A program made the position numbers and the translations under genes. The notes beneath the pieces are model-generated. The model was not told the origin of the DNA and did no database searches. It was given only the letters and a program-made list of their open reading frames with translations. A DNA stretch of 64,000 bases from an uncultured Chloroflexia bacterium (GTDB lineage: Bacteria > Chloroflexota > Limnocylindria > Limnocylindrales > CSP1-4): the NCBI GenBank assembly GCA_963776925.1, contig CAVZON010000006.1, positions 268,267 through 332,266 of the forward strand. The letters run 5' to 3'. Shown here piece by piece: positions 22,139-31,978 of the stretch (the first letter of the stretch is position 1; each line of letters begins with the position of its first letter).

Positions 22139-23204
22139 GCTCCGCTGGGTCGGGGGGCACCGCGGACTGGAGGCGTCGATCGTGCCGGCCGCCGGCATCC
22201 CCCTGCGCCGACTGGCCGCCCGCTCGCTGCGCACCGTCCGGCGTGACGGCCACCTCATCCTCGACCCGATCCGGCTCGGCGCGTCGGTCCCGCAGGCCGG
22301 CGCCATCCTCGCCGCCTGGCGCCCGGCGGCGGTGTTCACGACCGGCGGCTACGTCGCCATCCCGGTCCTCCTCGCCGCGGCGCCGCTGGGCATCCCGGTC
22401 GTGCTCTGGGACGGCAACGTGATCCCGGGTCGCTCGGTGCGCGCGACCGCCCGGCTGGCGGACGTGCTGGCGGTCTCGTTCGAGGCGACCTGCGCGGCAT
22501 TGGCCGCGGCCGCGCCGGGGCGTCCCTGCTACGTCACCGGCACCCCCATCCGCGATACCCGCGAGGTGGATCGCGAGGCGGCACGCGAACGCCTGGCCAT
22601 CCCCGACGGCCTGCGCGTCCTGCTCATCTTCGGCGGCTCGCAGGCGGTCCGACGGTTCAACGCCGCCGTGGCCGAGGCGCTGCCGCAGCTCGTCGAGCGG
22701 GTCGCCGTCATCCACGTCACCGGCGACGACGGCTATGCCGCCGCCCTGGCGGCCCGCGAGGCGCTGCCGGCGGAGCGTCGCGGGCGCTACCAGCCGCATC
22801 CGTTCCTGCGCGACGACATGCTGACCGCGCTGGCGGCCGCGGACCTCGTCGTCGGTCGGGCCGGGTCATCGACCCTGGCCGAGGCGACCGCCCTGGGCCT
22901 GCCGCTCGTCGTCGTGCCCTACCCGCACGCGTCCGGGCACCAGCGGGCGAACGCCCGCGAGCTGGTCGACGCCGGGGCCGCTCGACTCGTCGACGACGAG
23001 GCATTCGATGCCCGGGCACTGCTGGACGCGGCCGCCATCCTCGACGACCCGACGGTCCACGTCGCGATGTCAGCCGCCGCCCGGTCGCTCGGTCGCCCCG
23101 CGGCTGCCGAGGCCGTGGCCGACCTCGTCGTCGCGGCGGCGAACCGCGCTCCGCTGCCCGATCCCGCAGCGATCGAGCGGCGCTCGCGCGGCGCGGCGGC
23201 ATGA
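22044..23204 (+). CDS. murG: Lipid II GlcNAc transferase
   Basis: AGGGTGGHIYP, TGGY, FGGSQ, GRAGSST, HQRANA. Confidence 0.96.
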   Translation: MRVLIAGGGTGGHIYPALAVARSLRARPDGAELRWVGGHRGLEASIVPAAGIPLRRLAARSLRTVRRDGHLILDPIRLGASVPQAGAILAAWRPAAVFTTGGYVAIPVLLAAAPLGIPVVLWDGNVIPGRSVRATARLADVLAVSFEATCAALAAAAPGRPCYVTGTPIRDTREVDREAARERLAIPDGLRVLLIFGGSQAVRRFNAAVAEALPQLVERVAVIHVTGDDGYAAALAAREALPAERRGRYQPHPFLRDDMLTALAAADLVVGRAGSSTLAEATALGLPLVVVPYPHASGHQRANARELVDAGAARLVDDEAFDARALLDAAAILDDPTVHVAMSAAARSLGRPAAAEAVADLVVAAANRAPLPDPAAIERRSRGAAA

Positions 23205-24163
23205 CCGTGTCGTCGGGCTCCACACCGTTCGACGCGATCGCCGTCGGCACCGACATCCAGCGCCGGATCGGGGTCAAGACCTCCCGCGACGAGCCGCTCG
23301 CACGGTTCACCACGATGCGCGTGGGTGGCCCGGCCGACCTGTTCGCCACCGTCCACAACGCGTTCGAGCTGCGCGCGCTCGTGCGCTACGCCCGGTCCCG
23401 CTCGCTGCCGCACCTGGTGCTGGGGCGGGGGAGCGACGTCGTCATCAGCGACCGTGGCATCCGCGGGCTGGTCATCCAGGATCGGGCCGAGGGATCCCAC
23501 GTGGACGGTGACCGCTACACGGCCGAGGCCGGCGTCCCCATGGCGCGAGCGGCGACCGAGACCCAGCGGGCCGGGCTGAGCGGCCTCGAGTTCGGCCTGG
23601 CCATCCCGGGCACGGTCGGCGGCGCCGTGTGGGCCAATGCCGGTGCCCACGAGTCGGACGTCGCGACCATCCTCGAATCCGCGCGCATCCTGGCCAGCGA
23701 CGGGACCGAGTCCGTCGTGCCGGCGGCCGAGCTTGGCCTGGCCTACCGCGACACCCGGCTCAAGCACCCGCCCGAGGACGGTCCGGCGGAGCTCGTCGTC
23801 GATGCCACGTTCCGGCTCCAGCCGGCCGACCCCGACACGATCAAGGGCCGGCTCGACGACATCCGCCGCTGGCGCCAGGCGCACCAGCCGCTCGGCCTGC
23901 CCTCGGCCGGCAGCGTCTTCCGCAACCCGCCGGACGACTCCGCCGGCCGACTCATCGACGAGGCAGGGCTGAAGGGCACCCGGATGGGCGGCGCCGTGGT
24001 CTCCGAGAAGCACGCCAACTTCATCGTCAACGACCAGAAGGGCCAGGCCGCCGACGTGCGCCGGCTCGGCGACCACGTGCGTGACGAGATCGCCAGCCGC
24101 CACGGGATCACGCTCGAGTACGAGATCGAGTTCCTCGGCGACTGGGACGGCTGGCCGTGGTAG
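23201..24163 (+). CDS. murB: UDP-N-acetylenolpyruvoylglucosamine reductase
   Basis: TTMRVGGPAD, IPGTVGGAVWANAGA, QP..PSAGSVFRNP, SEKHANFIVN. Confidence 0.96.
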   Translation: MTVSSGSTPFDAIAVGTDIQRRIGVKTSRDEPLARFTTMRVGGPADLFATVHNAFELRALVRYARSRSLPHLVLGRGSDVVISDRGIRGLVIQDRAEGSHVDGDRYTAEAGVPMARAATETQRAGLSGLEFGLAIPGTVGGAVWANAGAHESDVATILESARILASDGTESVVPAAELGLAYRDTRLKHPPEDGPAELVVDATFRLQPADPDTIKGRLDDIRRWRQAHQPLGLPSAGSVFRNPPDDSAGRLIDEAGLKGTRMGGAVVSEKHANFIVNDQKGQAADVRRLGDHVRDEIASRHGITLEYEIEFLGDWDGWPW

Positions 24164-24178
24164 GCGGAGCGGGCGGAG

Positions 24179-25288
24179 CTGCCGCCGGTCGTCGTCCTGA
24201 TCGGCGGTCCATCGGCCGAGCACGACGTGTCGATCGTGTCGGGCACGGCCATCGCCGAGGCGCTGGCCGCCGAGGGCGTGGCCGTCGAGACCGTCGTCAT
24301 CGACCTCGACGCCCGGGTCTGGTGGCTGCCCGACGGCCATCGCCGCGAGGGTCGCCCGGCATCCGACTACGACGATCCGGCCGGCCTCGGTGCCCGCGGC
24401 CCCGAGGACCTCGGCCCGGCCCTCGGCGGGCTCGCCGCGCGCGACCGGCCGCCGGTCGTGTTCATCGCCCTGCACGGGCCGTTCGGTGAGGACGGCACCA
24501 TCCAGGGCATGCTCGAGGCGGTCGGGCTGGCCTACACCGGGGCCGGTGTCGGCGCCTCGGCGGTGGGCATGGACAAGGCCCTGTTCAAGCGGCTGTGCCG
24601 CGGGCTCGGCCTGCCCGTCGTCGACTGGCGCGAGATCCGGGCGGACCGCTGGGCACGGGACCGCGACGGCGTCCTGGCCGAGCTGGAGGCCTTCGCCGCC
24701 GGCGCCGGCGACCCGCGGCTGATGGTCAAGCCGGCCGGCCTCGGCAGCAGCGTCGGGATGACCCTGGCCCACACGGCGGCGGAACGGCCGGCAGCCCTCG
24801 ACGAGGCATTCCGCTTCGACGCGGTGGCGATCGTCGAGACGTATCTCGCGGGCGCGCGCGACCTCGAGGTGTCCGTGGTCGGCAACGACCCCGCGTCGAT
24901 CGAGACGTACGGCCCCGGCGAGATCATCAGCGGGCACGAGTTCTACGACTACGCCGCCAAGTACACGCCCGGCCTGTCCGAGACCTCGACCCGTGCCGAG
25001 GTGGACGACCGCCAGCGGGCACTGCTGCACAAGCTGTCGCGCGACGTGTACCGCGCGATCGGGGCGGAGGGCTTCGCCCGCATCGACTTCCTGGTCGCCG
25101 GCGACCGCGTCGTCGTGTCCGAGATCAACACCATCCCGGGCTTCACCCCGATCAGCCTGTTCCCGACGCTGACCGCCGAGGGCGGCTACACCTTCGGGTC
25201 GATCTGCCGGCGGATCGTCGAGCTGGCGGTCGCCCGCCATGCCGCCCGGCCCGGGCGGCACCTGACCACGACCGACCTGCCGCGATGA
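24179..25288 (+). CDS. ddl: D-alanine--D-alanine ligase (start uncertain, possibly CTG at 24179)
   Basis: GGPSAEHDVS, LHGPFGEDGTIQG, GSSVG, FYDYAAKY, EINTIPGFT. Confidence 0.94.
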   Translation: MPPVVVLIGGPSAEHDVSIVSGTAIAEALAAEGVAVETVVIDLDARVWWLPDGHRREGRPASDYDDPAGLGARGPEDLGPALGGLAARDRPPVVFIALHGPFGEDGTIQGMLEAVGLAYTGAGVGASAVGMDKALFKRLCRGLGLPVVDWREIRADRWARDRDGVLAELEAFAAGAGDPRLMVKPAGLGSSVGMTLAHTAAERPAALDEAFRFDAVAIVETYLAGARDLEVSVVGNDPASIETYGPGEIISGHEFYDYAAKYTPGLSETSTRAEVDDRQRALLHKLSRDVYRAIGAEGFARIDFLVAGDRVVVSEINTIPGFTPISLFPTLTAEGGYTFGSICRRIVELAVARHAARPGRHLTTTDLPR

Positions 25289-26175
25289 CCCAGCGGCCCG
25301 GGGTCCGGCGCACGCCAGCGGCCCGTCCGGCCGGCCGGCGCCCGACCGCCTCGGCCGGGCCCAGGCGGACCCCGACCGTCCGCCGGGCATCGGCCGGGCT
25401 GACCCCGGTCCGCGCCGGGGCGATGCTCGCCCTCCTGGTGTCCGGCGCGGCGATCTACGGCATGGCCAACTCGACGGCCTTCCAGTACGGCCGGATGCAG
25501 CTCGACGGCGCGACCTACACCCCGGCGGCGGAGGTCGAGGCGATCCTCGACGAGGTCCGTGGCGCCAACCTCTTCCAGCTCCGGACCGCCCCGCTCGCGG
25601 CCGCCGTCGCCGAGCTCGGGACGGTCCGCGCGGCCGAGGTCCGGATCCAGCTCCCGGACACCCTCGTCGTCGACGTCGATGAGCGCGAGCCGATCCTCGT
25701 CTGGACCATCGGCAACCGCTCGTTCCTCGTCGATGCGGAGGGCCAGCTGTTCGCGAGGCTCGGGAAGGAGCCGCCGCCCGGCGTGGCGGAGCTGCCGACC
25801 ATCGACGATCGCCGGGCGGCGTCCGCCGGCCTGTCGACCGGGAGCACGATCCCGCCGATCGACCTCGACGCGGCGACCCGGCTCGCGTCGCTCGTCCCGG
25901 GGGACGTCGGCAGCGCCGCCGAGGCCCTGACGGTCGTGGTCAATGACGCCAACGGCTTCACGGTGCGTTCGCGGCCAGGCGACTGGACGGCGGTCTTCGG
26001 CTACTACACGCCGAGCCTGCGCACGACCGAGATCATCCCGGGCCAGGTCCGCCTGCTGCGCAGCCTGCTGCTCGGCCGCGAGGGCCTCATCGAGCGCATC
26101 GTCCTCGCCTCGGAGACGGATGGGACCTACGTGCCAAAGCCGGCGCCCAAGCCGACGAGCACCCCGGCCCCGTGA
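25285..26175 (+). CDS. ftsQ: Cell division protein FtsQ/DivIB (POTRA domain)
   Basis: ATG 25285 overlaps the ddl stop; TM, then POTRA-like NLFQL..VRIQLPDTLVVDVDEREP; LVDAEG. Confidence 0.85.
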   Translation: MTQRPGVRRTPAARPAGRRPTASAGPRRTPTVRRASAGLTPVRAGAMLALLVSGAAIYGMANSTAFQYGRMQLDGATYTPAAEVEAILDEVRGANLFQLRTAPLAAAVAELGTVRAAEVRIQLPDTLVVDVDEREPILVWTIGNRSFLVDAEGQLFARLGKEPPPGVAELPTIDDRRAASAGLSTGSTIPPIDLDAATRLASLVPGDVGSAAEALTVVVNDANGFTVRSRPGDWTAVFGYYTPSLRTTEIIPGQVRLLRSLLLGREGLIERIVLASETDGTYVPKPAPKPTSTPAP

Positions 26176-26275
26176 GCGCAGGTCAGCCCTCGCCGCTGCC
26201 GGTCGCGTCGCCTTGCCGCTCCGGTCGGCCGTCGGGTAGCCTTGCCGAAACCCCGCTGCCGAGGACGACGACGAC

Positions 26276-26599
26276 GTGCTGCTCCCCCTGCTCGGGCTCC
26301 TCGTGGGCGTCGTGGCAGGTCTGCTCCTCAACGTCGATGTCGGGTTCGAATTCAGCCGCTATTCGGCCGTGGCGATCCTCGCCGCGCTCGATTCGGTCCT
26401 CGGAGCGATCCGCGCAGAGCTCGATGGGGTCTACGACAATCGCATCTTCGTCAGTGGTTTCCTGGTCAACGCGATCGTCGCGGTCCTGTTGACATTCATC
26501 GGCGATCGGCTGGGCCTCGACCTGTACCTGGTCGCGCTCATCACGTTCGGCCTGCGCATCTTCGATAACGTGGCGCTCATCCGACGCCACTTCCTGTAA
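26276..26599 (+). CDS. sbp: Small basic protein family (DUF1290)
   Basis: YSAVAILAALDSVLGAIRA, F.SGF..N, GDRLGLDLY, FG.RIF.N.A.IRRH. Confidence 0.88.
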   Translation: MLLPLLGLLVGVVAGLLLNVDVGFEFSRYSAVAILAALDSVLGAIRAELDGVYDNRIFVSGFLVNAIVAVLLTFIGDRLGLDLYLVALITFGLRIFDNVALIRRHFL

Positions 26600-26628
26600 C
26601 CCGACACGGAACGGAGACGGACGACACG

Positions 26629-27861
26629 GTGGAACGAGAAGCGGTCCTCGTCGGCATCGACGTCGGCACCAGCAAGGTCTGCGCCCTCATCGGCGAAGTG
26701 AGCCGGGACGGACGCCTGACGATCATGGGCCACGGCACGGTGCCCGCCTCCGGGTTGAAGAAGGGCGTCGTCATCAACATCGACCAGACGGTCCGCTCGA
26801 TCGCCGACGCGGTCGAGAAGGCCGAGCGGCTGTCCGGCTGGAAGATCGACCGCGCCTTCGTCGGCGTCGGCGGCCAGCACGTCGAGAGCCTCAACTCGCC
26901 GGGCCAGGTGGCGGTCACGGGGCACCACCGCGAGGTCAGCCGCGAGGACATCAACCGCGCCGTCGAGGTCGCCCGGGCGGTCCCCATCCCGTCGAACCGC
27001 GAGGTCCTGCACGTCGAGCGGCGCGGCTTCAGCGTCGACGGCCAGGAGGGGGTCAAGGACCCGCTCGGCATGAGCGCCCTGCGGCTCGAGGTCGAGACCC
27101 ACATCGTCACGGCGTCGGCGACGGCCGTCCAGAACCTGTCGAAGTGCGTGGCCGCGGCCGGCGTCAAGATCGACGAGCTCGTCGTCAACTCGCTGGCGTC
27201 CGCCGAGGCGGTGCTCAACGAGACCGAGAAGGAGCTCGGGGTCGCGGTCGCCGACTTCGGCGCGGGGACCATCGACCTGGCCCTGTTCCAGGAGGGCTCG
27301 CCGTTCCACACCCGGGTCCTGCCGGTCGGTGGCAACAACGTGACCAACGACATCGCCGCCGTCCTCAAGACCTCGCTCCAGGTCGCCGAGGAGCTGAAGT
27401 CGCGGCACGGCTCGGCCGACCTGCGGACCGTCCCCGACGACGAGGAGATCAGCGTCAGCGTCCTCGGTGAGGACGCCGGGCGGACGGTCAGCCGGCTCGA
27501 GGTCTGCCAGGTCATCGAAGCCCGCATGCGCGAGACCTTCGAGCTGCTGCGCAACGAGATCCGGGCGGGCGGCGTCAAGCAGCTCCCGGCCGGGGTCATC
27601 CTGACCGGCGGGGCGTCGCAGCTGTCGGGCATCGCCGAGCTCGGCCGCGAGGTCCTCGAGATGCCCGTCCGGGTCGCGGCCCCGACCGGCATCGGCGGCC
27701 TCGTCGACACGCTGCTCAACCCCGGCTACAGCACGGCCGTCGGCCTGCTCCAGTGGGGCGCCACGTCGCTGTCCGGCGGCGAGCCGCTGCGCTACGAGTC
27801 GGCGCCGGCCATGGGCGGCATCGGACGCCTGCGCGACGCCCTCCGGAGCATCTTCCCGTAG
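26629..27861 (+). CDS. ftsA: Cell division protein FtsA
   Basis: GIDVGTSKV, GLKKGVVINI, DFGAGT, GGNNVTNDIA, LTGGASQL, C-terminal amphipathic helix. Confidence 0.96.
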   Translation: MEREAVLVGIDVGTSKVCALIGEVSRDGRLTIMGHGTVPASGLKKGVVINIDQTVRSIADAVEKAERLSGWKIDRAFVGVGGQHVESLNSPGQVAVTGHHREVSREDINRAVEVARAVPIPSNREVLHVERRGFSVDGQEGVKDPLGMSALRLEVETHIVTASATAVQNLSKCVAAAGVKIDELVVNSLASAEAVLNETEKELGVAVADFGAGTIDLALFQEGSPFHTRVLPVGGNNVTNDIAAVLKTSLQVAEELKSRHGSADLRTVPDDEEISVSVLGEDAGRTVSRLEVCQVIEARMRETFELLRNEIRAGGVKQLPAGVILTGGASQLSGIAELGREVLEMPVRVAAPTGIGGLVDTLLNPGYSTAVGLLQWGATSLSGGEPLRYESAPAMGGIGRLRDALRSIFP

Positions 27862-28272
27862 AGCACGCGTCTGCTGACGGTCCGCACCGGAGCCGCGCGC
27901 GGCATCGCCGACCTGACCGCGGCCTGCGTCGCGTTCCTGGCCGACGTCGAAGCCGAGGACGGGCTGCTCTCGGTGTTCGTCCCGCACGCCACGGCCGGTG
28001 TCGTCGTCCTCGAGGTCGGGGCCGGCTCGGACGATGACGTGCTCGACGCACTCGACCGACTGCTGCCGCGCGAGGACCGCTGGTACCGCCACCGCCACGG
28101 GTCGCCGGGGCATGGCGCCGACCACGTCCTCCCGCTCCTGGCGCCACCCTCGATGACGATCCCGGTCGTGTCCGGCGAGCTGGCCCTGGGCACCTGGCAG
28201 TCGGTCTGCCTGCTCGACCCGAACGCCGACAACGCCTCCCGAACCGTCCGCCTGAGCTTCCTCGCCGGCTGA
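27862..28272 (+). CDS. yjbQ: YjbQ/UPF0047 family protein (no canonical start visible)
   Basis: [35 protein letters not shown]. Confidence 0.85.
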   Translation, partial: STRLLTVRTGAARGIADLTAACVAFLADVEAEDGLLSVFVPHATAGVVVLEVGAGSDDDVLDALDRLLPREDRWYRHRHGSPGHGADHVLPLLAPPSMTIPVVSGELALGTWQSVCLLDPNADNASRTVRLSFLAG

Positions 28273-28499
28273 GGCTCGAGTCCCGGGAGGCGACCGGTGC
28301 GCCGGTGCACCCCCTGGCGTACGACCCGGTGCGTCCACCAAGGGGACCGGGTGTCCACGCCAGCGGGTCGGCGTTATACTCCCGCCCTACCCACGCGACC
28401 CGGTCGGCCCCGTCGCCCGCCGGGCACTGGTTTCGCCCCGATCCCGCCCGACTGCGAACCCACGCCACGACCCGCCGAGGGGTCGACGGAGGAGTACCG

Positions 28500-29711
28500 A
28501 TGGCCTTGCGTTCCGATTCCGAGAACTTCGCGCTGATCCGAGTCATCGGTGTCGGGGGCGGTGGCAGCAATGCCGTCAACCGGATGATCCGGGCCGAGAT
28601 GATGGGCGTCGAGTTCATCGCCTGCAACACGGACGCGCAGGCGCTCCTGCAGTCGGACGCACCGCACAAGATCCGGATCGGCGACAAGGTCACCCGCGGC
28701 CTCGGCGCCGGCGGCGACGCGCAGATGGGGCAGCGGTCGGCGGAGGAAGACTCGGAGAAGATCGCCGCCGCGCTGGCCGACTCCGACATGGTCTTCATCA
28801 CCGCGGGCCTCGGTGGCGGCACCGGCAGCGGCGGCGCGCCGATCGTGGCCCAGATCGCCAAGGAGTCGGGCGCCCTGACCATCGGCGTCGTGACCAAGCC
28901 GTTCACCTTCGAGGGCAACAAGCGCAAGCTCGTCGCGGAGAAGGCGGCCGAGGAGCTGAAGGCCCAGGTCGACACCCTCATCACGATCCCGAACGACCGC
29001 CTCAAGGACGTCGTCCAGAAGAACACGAGCATCCTCGACGCCTTCCGGGTCGTCGACGACGTGCTTCGCCAGGGCGTGCAGGGCATCAGCGACATCATCA
29101 CGATGCCGGGGCTCATCAACCTCGACTTCGCCGACGTGCGCGCGATCATGAAGGACGCCGGCTCGGCGCTCATGGGCATCGGCCGGGCGAGCGGCGAGAA
29201 CCGCGCCGTCGAGGCCGCCCGTGAGGCCATCGCGAGCCCGCTCCTCGAGGTCGACATCGCCGGCGCCCAGGGCATCCTGTTCAACATCACCGGCTCCGCC
29301 AGCCTGTCGCTGTACGAGGTGACGGAAGCGGCCGAGGAGATCCGCGCCGCGGCCGACCCGGAGGCCAACATCATCTTCGGGACGTCGTTCAACGAGCGCC
29401 TCGGCGACGAGGTCATGATCACCGTCATCGCCACGGGCTTCGACGGCGGCAAGCGCCGCCAGGGCGCCCAGCGCGAAGCGACCGGGGTCATGGACAGCGG
29501 CGCGTCGACCCGCCAGTCGCACGAGCGGGACTTCCTCGAGGAGCTCCAGCGACAGCGCGAGCAGGTCGCCGACACGTCGGTCGGGCGTGACGACGACATC
29601 GCCGCGCTGGTGTCGGCGCCGCGCAGCGTCGGGACCACGGCCCCGGCGCCGAAGCCCGTCAGCTACGACGCGGACGACCTCGAGATCCCCTCCTTCCTGC
29701 GACGCAAGTAG
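28500..29711 (+). CDS. ftsZ: Cell division protein FtsZ
   Basis: [27 protein letters not shown]-terminal [11 protein letters not shown]; SD ggaggag; TATACT at 28375. Confidence 0.98.
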   Translation: MALRSDSENFALIRVIGVGGGGSNAVNRMIRAEMMGVEFIACNTDAQALLQSDAPHKIRIGDKVTRGLGAGGDAQMGQRSAEEDSEKIAAALADSDMVFITAGLGGGTGSGGAPIVAQIAKESGALTIGVVTKPFTFEGNKRKLVAEKAAEELKAQVDTLITIPNDRLKDVVQKNTSILDAFRVVDDVLRQGVQGISDIITMPGLINLDFADVRAIMKDAGSALMGIGRASGENRAVEAAREAIASPLLEVDIAGAQGILFNITGSASLSLYEVTEAAEEIRAAADPEANIIFGTSFNERLGDEVMITVIATGFDGGKRRQGAQREATGVMDSGASTRQSHERDFLEELQRQREQVADTSVGRDDDIAALVSAPRSVGTTAPAPKPVSYDADDLEIPSFLRRK

Positions 29712-29719
29712 GGGACACC

Positions 29720-30490
29720 GTGCCGGTGGGCGACCCACCGGATCCGGGCGAGATCCGGGCCCTCGAGTCGGCCCGTGCCGATGTCGAGACACGCATCGCG
29801 CGTGCGTGCGCGCGCGCGAGCCGCGACCCGTCCAGCGTCCGCCTCGTGGCCGTGTCCAAGACCGTCGACGCCGCCCGCCTTCGCGCGGCCGTCGCCGCCG
29901 GGCTGACGACCCTCGGCGAGAACCGCGTCCAGGAGGCGGAGGAGAAGCGACCGGCCGTGCCCGGCGCGGCCTGGGAGCTGGTCGGGCCGCTCCAGTCGAA
30001 CAAGGCTCGCCGGGCGCTGGCGACGTTCGAGCGCATCCAGACCGTCGACTCCGTGGCGCTCGCCGAGCGGCTCGACCGACTGGCCGGCGAGGACCGGCCC
30101 GGCGAGCGCTACCCGGTGCTGCTCCAGGTCAACGTCGATGACGACCCGAACAAGGCCGGCTTCGCCGCCGATGCCGTGGCCGCGGCGCTGCCGACGCTGC
30201 TGGCGCTGCCGAACCTCAGCATCGATGGACTGATGACCGTCGGACGGTTCGGCCTGGACGAGGACGGATCGCGGGCGACGTTCCGTAGCCTTCGCTCGCT
30301 CGGGGAGCGGCTGCGGGCCGAGCGTCCGCCTTCCGGCGCTCCGGCACTGGGTCCCGAGCTGTCGATGGGCATGACCGATGACTTCGAGCTGGCCATCGAG
30401 GAGGGCGCCACGACCGTCCGGGTCGGTCGGGCGCTGTTCGGTGAGCGGCCACACCACCACGGGGACGGCGTCGACGATCACGCTCACTGA
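29720..30490 (+). CDS. yggS: PLP homeostasis protein (YggS/YlmE)
   Basis: LVAVSK, GENRVQE, GPLQSNK, LSMGMTDDFELAIEEGATTVRVG. Confidence 0.95.
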   Translation: MPVGDPPDPGEIRALESARADVETRIARACARASRDPSSVRLVAVSKTVDAARLRAAVAAGLTTLGENRVQEAEEKRPAVPGAAWELVGPLQSNKARRALATFERIQTVDSVALAERLDRLAGEDRPGERYPVLLQVNVDDDPNKAGFAADAVAAALPTLLALPNLSIDGLMTVGRFGLDEDGSRATFRSLRSLGERLRAERPPSGAPALGPELSMGMTDDFELAIEEGATTVRVGRALFGERPHHHGDGVDDHAH

Positions 30491-30533
30491 GGCGCCGGGA
30501 TTGGCTCGCGGTCACCGCTGGTAGACTCGGGCC

Positions 30534-30776
30534 GTGGGTGCGTTCTTCTCCAACTTCCTGCAGTTCCTGTTCATGGCGCTGTGGGCGCTCGTCTTCGGAC
30601 GGATGATCATGTCGTGGGTGGATCCCCAGGGACGCAACCGGATCTCCGCGTTGCTGGTGCAGGCCACGGAGCCGATCCTCGCGCCGGTCCGGCGTGTGCT
30701 GCCGCAATCCGGGGCCGTCGACTGGTCGGCCTTCGTCGTCCTCATCGCCCTTGGCCTGCTGTGGCGCGCCTTCTGA
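30534..30776 (+). CDS. yggT: YggT/YlmG family membrane protein
   Basis: RMIMSWVDP, TEPILAPVRRVLP, DWS. Confidence 0.9.
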   Translation: MGAFFSNFLQFLFMALWALVFGRMIMSWVDPQGRNRISALLVQATEPILAPVRRVLPQSGAVDWSAFVVLIALGLLWRAF

Positions 30777-30780
30777 GGTC

Positions 30781-31062
30781 TTGAGTCCCTCCGACGTCCG
30801 CTTCGCCGTCCGTCTCGCGCCGCGGGCTTCGGCTGACCGCGTCGATGGCGTCGTGGACGGCGTCCTGCGCGCCCGGGTCACCGCCCCAGCCGTCGACGGC
30901 GCGGCCAACACGGCCCTCCTCCGGCTCGTCGCGGACGCGCTCCACGTCGCTCGCCGGGACGTCCGGATCGTGGCCGGCGCGACCAGTCGACAGAAGCTGA
31001 TCGTGGTGGACGGGGTCGACGCGGAGGTCATCGAAGCGACCTGGCCGGGCCTCAAGGTCTGA
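30781..31062 (+). CDS. DUF167/YggU family protein
   Basis: VRLAPRAS, RVTAPAVDGAAN, GATSRQK. Confidence 0.88.
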   Translation: MSPSDVRFAVRLAPRASADRVDGVVDGVLRARVTAPAVDGAANTALLRLVADALHVARRDVRIVAGATSRQKLIVVDGVDAEVIEATWPGLKV

Positions 31063-31125
31063 GGCGACATCGGGTATCATCGGCCGGCTGCCGCGAGGGC
31101 AGCCCGGGTCCAGCGGGACCCCTGA

Positions 31126-31202
31126 GGGCGATTAGCTCAGCTGGTCAGAGCGCACGGTTCACATCCGTGAGGTCACTGGTTCGAACCCAGTATCGCCCAC
31201 CA
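31126..31202 (+). tRNA. tRNA-Val (anticodon CAC)
   Basis: Acceptor stem gggcgat/atcgccc, anticodon arm cacgg-ttCACat-ccgtg, T-loop ttcgaac, encoded CCA. Confidence 0.96.
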
Positions 31203-31515
31203 ACAGCACCTCACCCGATGCGGCGACTGGCGCCGTGCCCGACTGACTCCTGCCTCGACCCGCATGCCCGTAACAAGTTCGTGAGCCCGAGAACTGCGCC
31301 CGCGCAGCGTTGCGGCCTCATCGGCGGCTCGGATACGTGGGATAGTCAGATGCGGATATCCACCCCCGCTGGCTGGCCAGGCAGATCCCCTGGTCCATCG
31401 GGTGGACGCGATCCCCATCACGCCGGCACGCCCGTGGGCCGACCCACGACCGGCTCGCGGGATCCCGCGAACGCATCTGCACCGGCTCGCGATCGGCCGG
31501 CTCGAAGGAGACGTC

Positions 31516-31977
31516 ATGACCGAGAGATCCATCGACGAGCTGGGACCTGTCGACTACCTGGTCGTCGAGTTCCCGGCCGACCAGCAGAACTTCACCGGCG
31601 AGGCGGCCGAGGAGCTCCTCCGTCTCCATGACGCCGGGCTCATCCGGGTCATGGACCTCGTTTTGATCGCCAAGGGCGATGACGGGACGGTCATGGCCCA
31701 GGAGCTCGGGGATCTCGAGAACATGGGCGAGTTCGCCCGGCTCGAGACAGAGCTCGCCGAGACGCTCGCCGAGGAGGACGTCCTCAGGCTCGGCGAGGTC
31801 ATGCAGCCCGGCAGCCTCGGCGCCGTGCTCGTCTACGAGAACCTGTGGGCCGCGACGTTCGGGTCGGCCCTTCGTCGTGCCGGGGGACAGCTGATCGCCA
31901 ACGGACGCATCCCGGTGCAAGCCATCATCGCCGCGATCGAGGCCGACGAGGCCGCGCTCGCCGAGCAGGGAGCCTGA
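31516..31977 (+). CDS. DUF6325/DUF1269-like protein
   Basis: LGPVDYLVVEFP, IRVMDLVLIAK, LVYENLWA, GRIP; SD gaaggag. Confidence 0.75.
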   Translation: MTERSIDELGPVDYLVVEFPADQQNFTGEAAEELLRLHDAGLIRVMDLVLIAKGDDGTVMAQELGDLENMGEFARLETELAETLAEEDVLRLGEVMQPGSLGAVLVYENLWAATFGSALRRAGGQLIANGRIPVQAIIAAIEADEAALAEQGA

Positions 31978-31978
31978 C

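Noticed and set aside
22919-29792. Very long antisense ORFs (e.g. 823, 636 and 640 aa; similarly 48209-51004 and 58495-60663)
   Set aside because: They mirror well-supported genes on the other strand, as expected at very high GC; no independent motifs.
30451-30490. His-rich tail of YggS
   Set aside because: Short low-complexity extension of a variable C-terminus; no further support for a function.
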